This document shows positions 51,511 to 64,000 of a stretch of 64,000 nucleotides of DNA, piece after piece. The stretch comes from Octopus sinensis (Eukaryota). Position 1 is the stretch's first letter. Every line of letters starts with the position of its first letter. The position numbers and the translations under genes are program-made. The DNA is taken from NCBI RefSeq assembly GCF_006345805.1, contig NC_043023.1, forward strand, positions 3,968,001-4,032,000. Reading direction: 5' to 3'. Below the pieces are notes generated by a model. It was given only the letters and a program-made list of their open reading frames with translations, was not told the DNA's origin and made no database searches.

Positions 51511-52540
51511 ACTTTATGCCACTCTTTATTTGTCATTATGAATATATTTTTCTTTTTGCCATTAAATGCATCTATTGTTTCTCCTCTTCCTCTCAATCAT
51601 TTTTACCTCTTTTCTAACATCTTCCCTTTTTCATATTTTCTGCCCCTCCCTTGATCAAATCTTCCATCTGCCTCCCACCCTTTCTATCCTTTGTTACAAT
51701 ATCTCTTTCTCACCTGCCTCTTACTATCCTCTTTCTTGGTCTCTCTCCCTCTCTCTCTCTCTCACTCCTACTTCTTCATTCTTTTGTATTCCTGTCCTCT
51801 TTCTCTCTCACATCGCCCCTCTCTCAAACTGTCATATTACACCCGTCCCTCTCCCTTATATCTCCTCCTCCTCTGTCATATCTCCCCCCTCCCTTTCTCT
51901 TTCATATCTGCCTTCCTCTGATCTCTCACATCACCTTCTCCTCACTCTCATCTCTTATCTCTCCCTCCCCCTCCCTTTAATATATTCTCTCTGCCTCCTT
52001 CTGTCTCATATCTTCTCTCCTCCTCTCAATCTCTCAATCTTACTCCCTGTTTCTCTCTCCCTCTCTCTCTGTCCATTTCTCCCTCCCTTCTTACGTCTAT
52101 CACATCTCCTCTCCCTTTTCCTCTCTCCTCTCTCTCTTTCCTCCCCTAATCCTGTTCCTTCCTTATTCTGTCCTCATCCTCACACCTGCCCTGCTCACTC
52201 AAAGTGTCCTGGCAACCTTTATTACCATACTGATTCAAGTGCACACCTTGTGGGTGGATGGGTTGGAAATGGGGCCGAGGAGGCGGGGTGGCAGTTAGGG
52301 AACAAGAATTTTTAAAGTGGGGAGGACTTTCTCCCTCCACGTCTTCCCTCCACCTGCCAGCCCCTCCCCTCGAATCATTTCCGAGGAATTACAACTACAA
52401 AATAACCGAAACAGACTCCCACCGCTACTCTCCTCATCTACTACTACTACTAATACTACTACTGACTTGCCTCCGCTTCCCTAGTCTCTGTGGAGTGTGG
52501 GTGGGGGGAGCTCTCCATACTGTGCCGCTTGCTACAGCTG

Positions 52541-52554
52541 CTGCCACCTGGTGG
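52541..52554 (-). promoter_or_regulatory. Candidate CTCF motif CCACCAGGTGGCAG
   Basis: Exact match to the CCASYAGRKGGCRS core inside a GC-richer, non-repetitive island; motif match only. Confidence 0.35.
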
Positions 52555-53427
52555 TTTCTGTTTTGTTTTCAGACGGAGTTATCTTTCCTTTACATCATTA
52601 ACAACAACTGTCTACAACAACAATTCCAAGGAGAACAACAACAACAGCAACATCAGAACAACTACAGCAGCAACAGCAACAACAAGAACTACAAAAATAA
52701 TAGCAACAACAACAACAGCAGTAGCAACAATAATGATGTAGTCCTTTTGTTTGCCACAAGGGGACGTTAAACTGATGTAAAAACCAAAAAAATATTGCAG
52801 CCAAAAATGGAATATATTTTTGAAATTGTGTCCAAGAAAACGACGGAGAAATGTCAAGGACAAGATCAATTGCAACAACAACAACAACAGCTAAAATAAT
52901 TCTTGGCACTCTGTCGGTTACAACGGCGAGGGTTCAAGTTGATCCGATCAACGGAACAGCCTGCTCGTGAAATTAACATGCAAGTGGCTGAGCACTCCAC
53001 AGACATGTTTACCCTTAATGTAGTTCTCGGGAAGATTCAGCGTGACACAGAGTGTGACAAGGCCGGCCCTTTGAAATACAGGTACAACAGAAACAGGAAG
53101 AAAGAGTGAGAGAAAGTTGTGGTGAAAGAGTACAGCAGGGTTCACCACCATCCCCTGCCGGAGCCTCGTGGAGCTTTAGGTGTTTTCACTCAATAAACAC
53201 CCAGTAGTATGCTAACTACTATACTATACATTAAATAATGTAGTCCTAGATACACTATGCCTGAATAAAAGACGGGATGGTCACAACTGGAACGTCTTTG
53301 ATCATAAGCTTATCTGGATCTAGACACACCACTAATACTAACTACTATACTGAACATTAGATCCTACAACCGTGAGTCCGCTGCCCTAATCACTGGGCAA
53401 TTTTGCCACTACAGTAATAATGATGAT

Positions 53428-53714
53428 AAAAATACCAAGATCTGGAAATAGGGGTCACCTGAATGTGGTGCCTAAAAACAGCAATGATTCCTATAATTAT
53501 AGGTGTATCAGGTGTGATGGAAAAATATTCAGACAAATACAGAATCAAGATACCAGGACTTATGAATGGATACAACATACAAAAAAAAGTACTACTAGGC
53601 ACCACAACAAAACCACATCACATACCCAGGGTACTCAGAGCTGTACAGGGTACTGTAGTGAAAGCATGTGATGAAAATAAGATTACTGAATAATTATAAG
53701 TGTAATAATAATAA
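53428..53714 (+). mobile_element. R4/Dong-like (restriction-like endonuclease) LINE 3' fragment with (TAA)n tail
   Basis: KYQDLEIGVT*MWCLKTAMIPIIIGVSGV...IPG...IQKKVLLGT...PRVL fits the RLE C-terminus pattern KY.DL...W...PIVIG.LG...QK..LLGT. Confidence 0.75.
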
Positions 53715-55431
53715 TGTAAGGTTTACAAAACTACGCACTGCCTTCCGAAATAGCTTTGCTAGGAAGAGACTACATCTTGCGCCGGACACCTTCAATTCAC
53801 TGGATTAATTCATGAGTCGAGAGAATGGCTCAAATAGAAGAATTTTCTTATCCTGGGCCATGAAGTATGGTTCCATAAGAAACATAATATAATTGGACAG
53901 AACTTTAATACCATAAGACAACAAAATAATAATGATAATGGTAATAGTTGACAAATATGGAAACCTAAACACTGGGCCATTGCGCCTCTACATAATATAT
54001 ATATATATATATAAATATGTATGTATGTGTGTGTATGTGTTTGTGTGTCTGTGTTTGTCCCACCAACATCACTTGACAACTGATGCAGGTGTGTTTACGT
54101 CCCTGTAACTTAGCGGTTCAGCAAAAAGAAACCGATAGAATGAGTACTAGGCTTACAAAGACTAAGTCCTGAGGTCAATTTGCTCGACTGAAGGCGGTGC
54201 TCCAGCATGGCTACAGTCAAATGACAAAAAAGTAAAAGAGAACACTGGATACTGTACAACGTCTATAATAATAATAATAATAATAATACTATCGGTCCAA
54301 TAGTAGAACCCAAATTAAACAATCCACAAATGTAAGACAAGCTATACAGTAAATACCCAATAAAATAAACAACCACCTCCACATGTACTCTACGGGGCAG
54401 ATACCCAACACAACACAACACAAATTGCATTACACACACAACACACTACAAACACTAATACAACAAAAGGCTTCAAGCAAACTCCATAACAGAATAAAGT
54501 GATGCAATACAGTACCGGAAAAGGTTTGTACTCTCACCATATAAAGAATGAAAGGAGAAAAAAGCTGTACGCACACCAGCAACATAGTGGCGTAGCAAAT
54601 GATGGAGTAGAAATTTGCCTGAAACCATTAAATGTCAAATAATAATGATCTCTTTTATTTGTTATGGTGGCGTGGATGAGGAGGACATCATTTGGACAGT
54701 TTGCAATTTGTGTAAAGGGTTTATATAAAAGATGAAGGAAAAGAAAGGGAGTAAGGCAGTGAAATGAGATGAAAGTATACAATATTATGCAAAGTGCGTG
54801 AACACATGAATGATGTGGTCGTCCTGATACAGAAGAACCCTCAATTAGATTCAATCAAGGAACCCCACAGATCCAGGATCACCCTGACCATTAAAAGCAT
54901 GAGCTCTGTTGCTTTCCAATTTACATCCTACGCAAAATACTTTCTATGTAATCTCAAGTTTTAAAACAAACATAATTTTCGTATGGTTTTTTTTAAACAT
55001 TCACTAGTACAACACTAAGTACAAAACCAAATATATGGCACCCTAGGCATAACACCAACATGAACTTCCAACTTGTTGTCTCTTGAGGTCTCTGGGTGAA
55101 ACTTGGGGCCAGCTTGACCAAATGTAAAACAAAAGGACAACAAATCTAGGACATTACAAAGAAAATTTGTGAAACCTTGCTGGGTTTTACATCATTGTTG
55201 TAAGAAAAAAAAAAATGAAATAGGTAAAGATACACTCGTCAAGAATATATTGACAAACTGCAGTTGATGGGGAAAGAGTAAGGCCTCAATATTGTTGTGA
55301 ATCGAGGATTATATTTATTGAAAGATACAAAGACAACACCTGAAGAAGTGCAGCAACCATTGTATCGTTGACACAGAAACTTGAAATCCTGAGAGTCTCC
55401 CTAACTGTGTATCATTCAATACATACATACA

Positions 55432-55474
<43 letters not shown>

Positions 55475-55913
55475 TGCTGGACTGGCCCTTGTGCCGGTGG
55501 CACGTAAAAGCACCAACTACACTCTCGGAGTGGTTGGCGTTAGGAAGGGCATCCAGCTGTAGAAACTCTGCCAGATCAAGATTGGAGCCTGGGTGAGCCA
55601 TCTGGCTCGCCAGTCCTCAGTCAAATCGTCCAACCCATTGAAAGTGGATGTTAAACGATGATGATGAAGATATATATATATATACAAAATGGGACAAGAG
55701 TGCCAAACATCCAGACTACTAGGTGATGCATTAGATTCCTTGGAAGAAAGCAGCGAATGTAAACAAAAACAAAGACGGAAAAAACGGACAAAGTTACACA
55801 AATACAATAAAAATAATAACAGGACATAACAACAGGTGTCTTTCGACTAAGGACGAATTGAATTAAGCTGGCGGATGTGGAAATGAAGCCTTACGGCAGA
55901 GATACAAAAATTT

Positions 55914-55975
<62 letters not shown>

Positions 55976-56149
55976 GTATGTATATAATACAAGATGGAAT
56001 GAACAGGCTTCAAGCAGAATCATAACAATTGTTTCTGAGTGTTAGTAACAGATGTTTGTTGTTGAGTTTTTCATATAATATATATATGATTCAGCATTTA
56101 GTGTGTACTTGCACGTCATCAGGTGCGTGGCCGTGAGATATACTTCAAG

Positions 56150-56720
56150 AAGGGGAGACAATCACATAAGGCAACAGAGATTACTACAACAGATTCTTAA
56201 ATATCTTTTCACTCTGAAGCAAGTAACTTCTATCTTTACTACTTTACAACTTTCCAAAAAGAAATTGTGATTCTGTAACCTTCTTGCCCTGCTGTATACA
56301 CCACTTTGCACTCATCTGTTAGTTTGTATACTGAAAGAAGCTACACTCTCCCTCACTTTTCTTGCCATTGTTGGGAAAAGGTTGAGGGTTTGGTTGAAAG
56401 GCAAAGTTTGTTTATTTTTCCTTCAAGTCCTTACAATCATGTCCACATCGATCGCTCAAAACTAACACTTTTCATCACAGATACAAGACAAAAGTGAAAA
56501 TTGCCAAAAAACTGCCAAACTTTCTGGAAAAAGATAAACAGAGGAATCTAGACTCATCTTCGTAGCAGGATTGCTCCAGCTTGTAACAGCAACTATTTCT
56601 TTAATTTAACGGTTCTTCTCAGCTGTGGTGTCATGTGGAAGCTATTCTGAATTTGTAATACCAATCTCCTCCACCTCTTGTCTAAACAATAGACCTTGGA
56701 TTTGAACTCTGAACTCATTT
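56150..56720 (-). mobile_element. Decayed LINE endonuclease-RT linker fragment
   Basis: Minus strand DKRWRRLVLQIQNSFHMTPQLRRTVKLKK and GKINKLCLSTKPST, with stops. Confidence 0.4.
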
Positions 56721-56739
56721 ACCTCACAATGGACTATTA

Positions 56740-57450
56740 CTAACTAGTGTGCTACATCAGGTCATTTAGTCATGCATACACAATGTCTGAATATAAGATG
56801 GGATGGTCACAGTTGGAACATCTTTGATCATATGTCTCTCTGCATCAGGACCCATCAGGGGTTAAACAACAACTATAGCCACTTACACTAACTACTATTA
56901 AATAATGTAGTCCTAGATACACTATGCCTGAATAAAAGGTGGGATGGTCACAGCTGGAACATCTTTGATCATAGGTCTACTGGATCAGGGTTGTCCTGGG
57001 GCTAAACAACAACAATTATAGCCATTAATACTAACTACTATACTATACATTAGATAATGTAGTCCTAGATACACTATGCCTGAATAAATGATGGGATGGT
57101 CACATATAGAACATCTATGATCATAGGTCTACTGGATCAGGGTTGTCCCGGGGCTAAACAACAACAAATACAGCCATTAATGCTAACTACTATACTATAC
57201 ATTAGATAATGTAGTCCTAGATACACTATGCTTGAATAAAAGATAGGATGGCCACAGCTGGAACATCTTTGATCATAGGTCTGCTGGATCAGGATTATCC
57301 TGGGGCTAAACAGCAGCTATGGTCATCATTACTAACTACAATACTATACATTAGATAATGTAGTCCTAGATACACCATGTCTGAAATATAAGATGGTCAC
57401 AACCATCCTATCGTAGATCGGTTGGATCAGGATTGTCCTGGGGTTAAACA
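56740..57450 (+). repeat. Tandem array of four or five ~150-bp units ending in GGGGCTAAACAACAAC
   Basis: GTAGTCCTAGATACAC at 56907, 57059, 57211, 57360; a dispersed copy lies at about 53205-53370. Confidence 0.85.
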
Positions 57451-57534
57451 ACAACAGCAACTACAACAGCAGCAACAACAACACTAACAACAACAACAAC
57501 AACGCAAACAGCAGCAGGAGTAACAACAGCATGA

Positions 57535-57565
<31 letters not shown>

Positions 57566-58275
57566 AACATGGAAAAATAAACTTTTAATCATTCCTTAAT
57601 TAAAACTACTAATTACAATTTAATTCATATCTACATAATTCTATGCATATTTCTTCATTTTTTTTTTGTTGTGTATGTTTGTTTGTGTATGTTTCTTTTT
57701 TAAAATCTCTTTCATGAATTAAGATGCCACAAAAGTTTTGCGAGAATGTGCTAATTATGTCCGTTAATTAAATAAAACCTTTAAAATAATTTGTCTTCTT
57801 GTCCTGCAAATTGTTCTTCAAAGGGTCACAAATAAGATGCATTTTACAGCACCATACCAGGTATATCTGTCCACCCTAATGATATATATATATATATATA
57901 TGTATATACACACATATATATATATATATATACACACATACATACATATATATATATACACATACAAACATCATCATCATCATCATCATTTAGCTTTCCA
58001 TGCTAGCATGGGTTGGACGGCTCAACTGGGGTCTGGGAAGCCAGAAGGCTGCACCAGGCCCATATATATATACATACATACATATATACATACACACATA
58101 TATATATATATACAAAATGAGAAAATGGAGAAACATACCTAAATCAATCATCAACCATCAGATAATACCCAATCAATTACTTTATTAAACCATTACACAA
58201 CAGCAATGACATTATACATAATATATTACAAATATAACTACACATGGAAATAGAAATAGAAAATACAATTACATC

Positions 58276-58316
<41 letters not shown>

Positions 58317-58463
58317 TATATATATATATATATATATACATACATATAGATACATATATATATATATATATACATACATATATATACATATATATATATA
58401 CATACATATATATATATATATTATATACATATATACATACATATACACATACATACATATACA

Positions 58464-59295
58464 CGCTGAGTCACTGTCAGAACTGGAGGAGAAGTTCTAG
58501 GTGTGGAAGGAGGGTTTAGAATCGAGGGGCCTTAGAGTCAACCTAGCTAAAACCAAAGTACTAATAAGTAGGAAGGTAGACAATCCACAAATGTCTTCAG
58601 GAAGATGGCCCAGCTCGATCTGTAGAAAAGGTGTAGGTAGAAACTCTATAAGATGTACCCAGTGTAAGCTATGGACACATAAGAGGTGCAGCAATGTCAA
58701 AGGTAGGTTAACTGGGAAGATAGTTTTTGTATGTGGATGATGCTCGGGAGCATTGACCTCCGAAAATCTGCAGAAAACAACTTCCGTCACTTTCCGGGGG
58801 GAAAAACTAGAAGTAGTTGATAGCTTCCGTTATCTAGGTGACCAAGTCAGTAGTAGGGGTGGGTGCGTTGAAAGTGTAACTGCTAGAGTAAGAATAGCCT
58901 GGGCAAAGTTTAGGGAGCTCTTACCTCTGCTGGTGACTAAAGGCCTCTCGCTCAGAGTAAAAGGCAGACTGTATGATGAATGTGTACAAACAGCCATGCT
59001 ACATGGTAGTGAAACATGGGCTGTGACTGCTGAGGACATGTGTAAGCTCGTGAGGAATGAAGCCAGTATGCTCCGATGGATGTGTAATGTCAGTGTGCAT
59101 ACTCGACAGAGCGTTAGTACCTTGAGAGAAATGTTGGACCTAAGAAGCATCAGTTGTAGTGTGCAAGAGAGACGATTGTGCTGGTATGGTCATGTGGCGA
59201 GAATGGATGAAGATAGGTGTGTGAAAAAGTGCCAATCCCTAGCAGTTGAGGGAACCCGTGGAAGAGGTAGACCCAGGAAAACCTGGGATGAGGAC
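58464..59295 (+). mobile_element. RTE LINE ORF2 fragment with PHD-like C4HC3 insert
   Basis: ORFs 58501-58740 and 58753-59424: [10 protein letters not shown]...IC...RCTQC...HKRC...VCG*C...VDSFRYLGD...HGSETW...WYGHVARMDEDR...GRGRPRKTW. Confidence 0.92.
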
Positions 59296-59306
59296 AACCT
59301 TGGAAG

Positions 59307-59684
59307 CACTCCGTCGGTTACGACGATGAGGGTTCCGGTTGATCCAAATCAACGGAACAGCCTGCTCGTGAAATTAACGTGTAAGTGGCTGAGCACTCCA
59401 CAGACACGTGTACCCTTAACGTAGTTCTCGGGGATATTCAGCGTGACACAGAGAGTGACAAGGCCGGCCCTTTGAAATACAGGTACAACAGAAACAGGAA
59501 GTAAGAGTGAGAGAAAGTTGTGGCAAAAGAGTACAGCAGGGATCACCACCATCCCCTGCCGGAGCCTCGTGGAGCTTTAGGTGTTTTCGCTCAATAAACA
59601 CTCACAACGCCCGGTCTGGGAAACGAAACTGCAATCCTATGACCGCGAGTCCGCTGCCCTAACCACTGGGCCATTGCGCCTCCA
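59307..59684 (-). mobile_element. SINE with family-C head and family-B type tail
   Basis: Head is the reverse complement of GGAGGCGCAATGGCCCAGTGG; tail matches about 10010-10165; similar element at 52915-53410. Confidence 0.75.
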
Positions 59685-59698
59685 CTCGTACAGGTATT

Positions 59699-59882
59699 AT
59701 ATATTAGAAGAAATGAGGTACTCAGAAATCCCAATGGTTTTATATTTACAGATATTTATTAGTATGTTACATGTTCTTATAATCATATGATATATGATTT
59801 ATAAAAACCTGTAACATACTAATAAATATCGGTAAATATAAAACCATTAGGATTTCTGAGTACCTCATTTCTTCTAATATAT
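59699..59882. repeat. Foldback element (about 90-bp arms, 3-nt loop)
   Basis: ATATATTAGAAGAAATGAGGTACTCAGAAATCC...TATGTTACA paired almost throughout. Confidence 0.9.
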
Positions 59883-59889
59883 GCATATA

Positions 59890-60276
59890 TCTTTATATAT
59901 AAAAGTGAGGTTGTGTGGTGTCTGTTTCCTACGATTTAGATTCCTAACTACTCCCACATTTTGCAGTGCAGTATCTTATAGTCGTGATTCATATCGAGCC
60001 CTTCTGGGTATTAGCGCGCGTCTACGATGAGTCTACGATTTTAAAAAAACATTTGCCATCACTTTTTTCCATTTCAATGCATTTTTTTCGCTATTATATA
60101 AGGGAAGTAACTCTCTAAAAATGTCTACGATGAGTCAACGATTTAAAAAAAAAATTTACCATAATTTTTTTTCCATTTTTAATGCATTTTTTTGCTATTT
60201 TTGGCTAATACTCTCTAAAAATGCTTATATAATTATTTCCCTTACAAACCCGAGCAACGCCGGGTGATACTGCTAG
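59890..60276 (+). mobile_element. Non-autonomous Helitron
   Basis: A|TC start, CCCGAGCAACGCCGGG hairpin, CTAG|T end; internal direct duplication; homologous to 29977-30359. Confidence 0.85.
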
Positions 60277-60430
60277 TATTTATATATATAAACAAAACAT
60301 TCAAACACTAAGGTTTGAAATAAGATGTCACTATTGTTAATATCATCTACAGAAAAAATTTAAAACTGATGCTATCAACAGTAGGAACATAGATGGTTCA
60401 CAGGCAAATAGCATTATTTAGCTATAACAT

Positions 60431-60631
60431 AAATTAGCACGAAGTGTAAGGGTGCAGTAAAGCATCAACCTGCTAGAAATGAGAGCCAAAGTCTTAATTA
60501 AACCACCGTAAAACACCAAAAATAAGAGAGAAATATTTCTGTTTTCTTGGTGCTTTACGATGATTTAAGACTTTGGCTCTTGTTTCTAGCAGGTTGATGC
60601 TTTTCTGCATCCTTACACTTTGTCCTAATTT
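60431..60631. repeat. Foldback element (about 90-bp arms)
   Basis: AAATTAG...AGTGTAAGG...AAGCATCAACCTGCTAGAAA...GAGCCAAAGTCTTAA...CACCAA mirrored. Confidence 0.88.
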
Positions 60632-60920
60632 ATATATATCATCATCATCATCGTTTAGCGTCCGTTTTCCATGCTAGCATGGGTTGGACGGTTCAACTGG
60701 GGTCTGGGAAGCCAGGAGGCTGCACCAGGCCCAGTCAGATCTGGCAGTGTTTCTACGGCTGGATGCCCTTCCTAACGCCAACCACTCCGAGAGTGTAGTG
60801 GGTGCTTTTTACGTGCCACCCGCACAGGTGCCAGACAGAGCTGGCAAACGGCCACGAACGGATGGTGCTTTATATATACTCCCCACACACACATGTGAGA
60901 TATGCAGGGATATTGCAATA

Positions 60921-60956
<36 letters not shown>

Positions 60957-61029
60957 GGTTGGCGAATACTCGTTATAAATATCACCACCAGTGGCCTAGC
61001 ATGTATAAAAAGTAAATAGACAACATATT

Positions 61030-61213
61030 CGTATTTCAAAATAGAAAATTACCCTTTAACAGGTAATCTTACATGCTACATAACAAGGTAAATGTTTTTA
61101 TTTTTTATTTACTTTGAAATTTGCTATAAAATTGTGGTTTTTTGGCCGTGTTGGCTGCTATTTCTAGCATGTAAAATTACCTGTTAAAGGATAATTTTCT
61201 ATTTTGAAATACG
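61030..61213. repeat. Foldback element (about 49-bp arms, about 85-nt spacer)
   Basis: CGTATTTCAAAATAGAAAATTA...TTTAACAGGTAAT...TACATGCTA mirrored at 61165-61213. Confidence 0.85.
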
Positions 61214-61238
61214 TATATATATATATATATATATATAT

Positions 61239-61468
61239 ATTTCTTTACTACCCACAAGGGGCTAAACACAGAGAGGACAAACAAGGACAGACAAATGGAT
61301 TAAATCGATTACATCGACCCCAGTGTGTAACTGGTACTTAATTTACCGACCTAGAAAGGATGAAAGGCAAAGTCGACCTCGGCGGAATTTGAACTCGGAA
61401 CATAACGACAGATGAAATACCGCTAAGCAGTTCGCCCGGCATGCTAACGATTCTGCCAGCTCAGCGCC
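61239..61468 (-). mobile_element. Full-length family-D tRNA-derived SINE
   Basis: Minus strand GGCGCTGAGCTGGCAGAATCGTTAGC...GAGTTCAAATTCCGCCGAGGTCGAC...GGGTAGTAAAGAAA. Confidence 0.85.
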
Positions 61469-61514
61469 TAATATATATATATATATATATATAATATATA
61501 TATATTATATAATA

Positions 61515-61594
<80 letters not shown>

Positions 61595-61855
61595 TATATG
61601 GTGTCGGTGTCGGTGGCACATAAAAACACCATCCGAGCGTGGCCGTTCGCCAGCCTCGTCTGGCACCTGTGTCGGTGGCACATAAAATCACCACTACACT
61701 CTCGGAGTGGTTGGCGTTAGGAAGGGCATCCAGCTGTAGAAACACTGCCAGATCTGACTGGCCTGGTGCAGCCTTCGGGCTCCCAGACACCAGTTGAACC
61801 GTCCAACCATGCTAGCATGGAGAACGGACGTTAAACGATCATGATGATGATGATG

Positions 61856-61896
<41 letters not shown>

Positions 61897-61901
61897 CATA
61901 T

Positions 61902-61956
<55 letters not shown>

Positions 61957-62147
61957 CACACATATATATATATATACATATACACACATATATATATATA
62001 ACATATACACATATATATATATACACATATATATATTATATATAATATACATACACATATATATTATACATACACACGCATATATATATACACATATATA
62101 TATATACATATACACACATATATATATACACACACATATATATATAT

Positions 62148-62196
<49 letters not shown>

Positions 62197-62829
62197 TATA
62201 TATATATACATATATATATGTACCATGCTACTACTCTGTCAGTTATGATGACAAGAATTCAAGGTGATTTGATCAACAGAACAGTCTGCTCATGAAATGA
62301 ATGCGCAAGTGGCTGAATACTCCACAGACATGCACACCCTTAGCATATTGTTCTCCGGGAGATTCAGTGTGACACAGAATGTGATACGGCTAGGCCCTTT
62401 CAATTACTGGTACAACTTATTCTTGCTAGCTGAGTGGACAGGAGCAACGTGAAATAAACTGTCTGGATGAAGGACATGGCATACGGCTGGGAATTGAACT
62501 TACAATCTTATGATCTGGAGCTGAATGACCTAAGTTGTGTGTGTATGTGGCCTCAAGATGATTCTGGAATCTAGTGCATACATTTCTCACTGTCCCTGGG
62601 AAGATCTCCAAACACCCCTTTGATCTTGGACACCATCTTGTCCTCGGCGTTTCAAGTGGAGCATTTGGTGTCTTCTTCACTGTAATCCATAGGATTAAAA
62701 TTGGGGGAATTAGGGTGCTAGATGTTTTATAAGATGTTTTATGTAACACATTCTACCAGTATACGAAGTTTAAAAGTGTTTAGTTTCCTAGAAATTATGT
62801 TACAAACTGCCGGTCAAACAGAAAAGATC

Positions 62830-63030
62830 CGCCATCTCATACGTCTTTGTGTGAGGAGTACAAACAGGCTTGGTATTCCTGCTTGCTTGAGGATATCTTT
62901 GTTGGGGACATGATTCTACCATTTGATGCGAAGGATTTTCCGGGGGCAGAGCAGGAGAAAGATATTTAGGGCGATGCTCTTGGCTTATGTAGGGCGTCCA
63001 AGTCTCACTTCCATATCGTTAATCCTTCTG
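62830..63030 (-). mobile_element. RTE/BovB-like ORF2 C-terminal relic
   Basis: Minus strand YGSETWTPY...RKILRIKW*NHVPNKDILKQAGIPSLFVLLTQRRMRW. Confidence 0.7.
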
Positions 63031-63249
63031 CTCCCCAATGCCATTGACTGTTCACCTATACATCAAGCTACTCCTGAGAAAAAGGAGACATAAACGTATC
63101 GTCATAGGCAGCCTGAAAACTCCATATATATGCATATTTTTGCTTGTCTATTCCCACAAGCAATTGCGACCATTGTTTCTAAGGGAAATAACTCTTATGT
63201 ATATTCTTTAGTTATCTCCCTTGATGTGATAAATAGCCATGCTCTTACT

Positions 63250-63518
63250 CATTTACTTGTTTCAGTCATTTGACTGTGGCCATGCTGGAGCACCGCCTTT
63301 AGTCGAGCAAATCGACCCCAGGACTTATTCTTTGTAAGCCTAGTACTTATTCTATCGGTCTCTTTTGCTGAACCGCTAAGTGACGTGGACGTAAACACAC
63401 CAGCATCGGGTGTCAAGCGATGTTGGGGTGACAAACGCAGACATACAAACATATACACACACACACTCACACACATATATATATATACACACACATATAT
63501 ATATACACACACATACAC

Positions 63519-63611
<93 letters not shown>

Positions 63612-63770
63612 ATATATAACATACACACATATATATATATACCACACATATATATACATATATATATATATATATAAAGAAAACCAAACCACGGTGTTTG
63701 GAGTGACCAAAGCTTGTGAGTGGATTTGGTAGACGGAAACTGAAGAAGACCGTCGTATAATATATATGTT

Positions 63771-63810
<40 letters not shown>

Positions 63811-63870
63811 TATATATATATACGACGGTCTTCTTTCAGTTTCCGTCTACCAAATCCACTCACAAGGCTT
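63250..63870 (-). mobile_element. Family-A SINE with expanded (TA)n linker and an internal inverted duplication
   Basis: Tail at 63250-63440, CORE side at 63820-63870; inverted copy at 63676-63760. Confidence 0.8.
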
Positions 63871-64000
63871 TGGTCACTCCAAACACCGTGGTTTTCTTTG
63901 TTGCCATGATTTTCAAACAAGAAAAAAGGAAAAATTGTTCAACAAAAGTTCGAATGTTCTAAATAAATATCCAATAATAAACACAAAAAAGATCGGAATG

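Noticed and set aside
51566-52315. 249-aa Leu/Ser-rich ORF
   Set aside because: Product of a CT-rich low-complexity tract
52258-52770. 170-aa ORF with polyQ/N
   Set aside because: Open only because of the CAA repeat; no recognisable homology or clear exon structure
53805-53840. Degenerate CATGA-GTCG-AGAGAA-TGGC-TC-AAATAG hammerhead-like relic
   Set aside because: Both catalytic boxes are mutated; could be chance
56020-56120. Minus-strand CTGATGA...GAAACAATTGTT hammerhead-like motif
   Set aside because: Core words are present but stem I cannot pair (GCAC versus ATGA) and stem II is not evident

Overview
Repeat-dominated, AT-rich animal genomic DNA. The SINE/LINE/MITE families and microsatellite load look like Octopus or a related coleoid cephalopod; this is my recognition, not a database result. 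Only one host protein-coding exon is supported: the terminal coding exon of SCOC (short coiled-coil protein, UNC-69 family) at 34779-35100 (+), with a clear branch point and acceptor. Its upstream exon was not found, so most of 1-34778 is probably one large intron. The rest is nested mobile DNA: RTE, CR1, Tx1/L1 and R4/Dong-like LINE fragments; four tRNA-derived SINE families; mariner, DD37D/maT, Tc1 and piggyBac relics; three non-autonomous Helitrons; about ten foldback elements; micro-, mini- and larger satellites; and a 100-N gap. Highlights: a full-length U6 snRNA copy embedded inside a tRNA-SINE (possible SINE-U6 read-through Pol III unit), five Penelope-type minimal hammerhead ribozyme motifs, a group of related snap-back elements, an initiator tRNA-Met relic, a C4HC3 PHD-like finger in RTE ORF2, and a 1.07-kb AG-free zone before the SCOC acceptor. 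Nearly all long ORFs in the supplied track are microsatellite artefacts. Coordinates were counted by hand, and repeat boundaries are approximate to a few bases.
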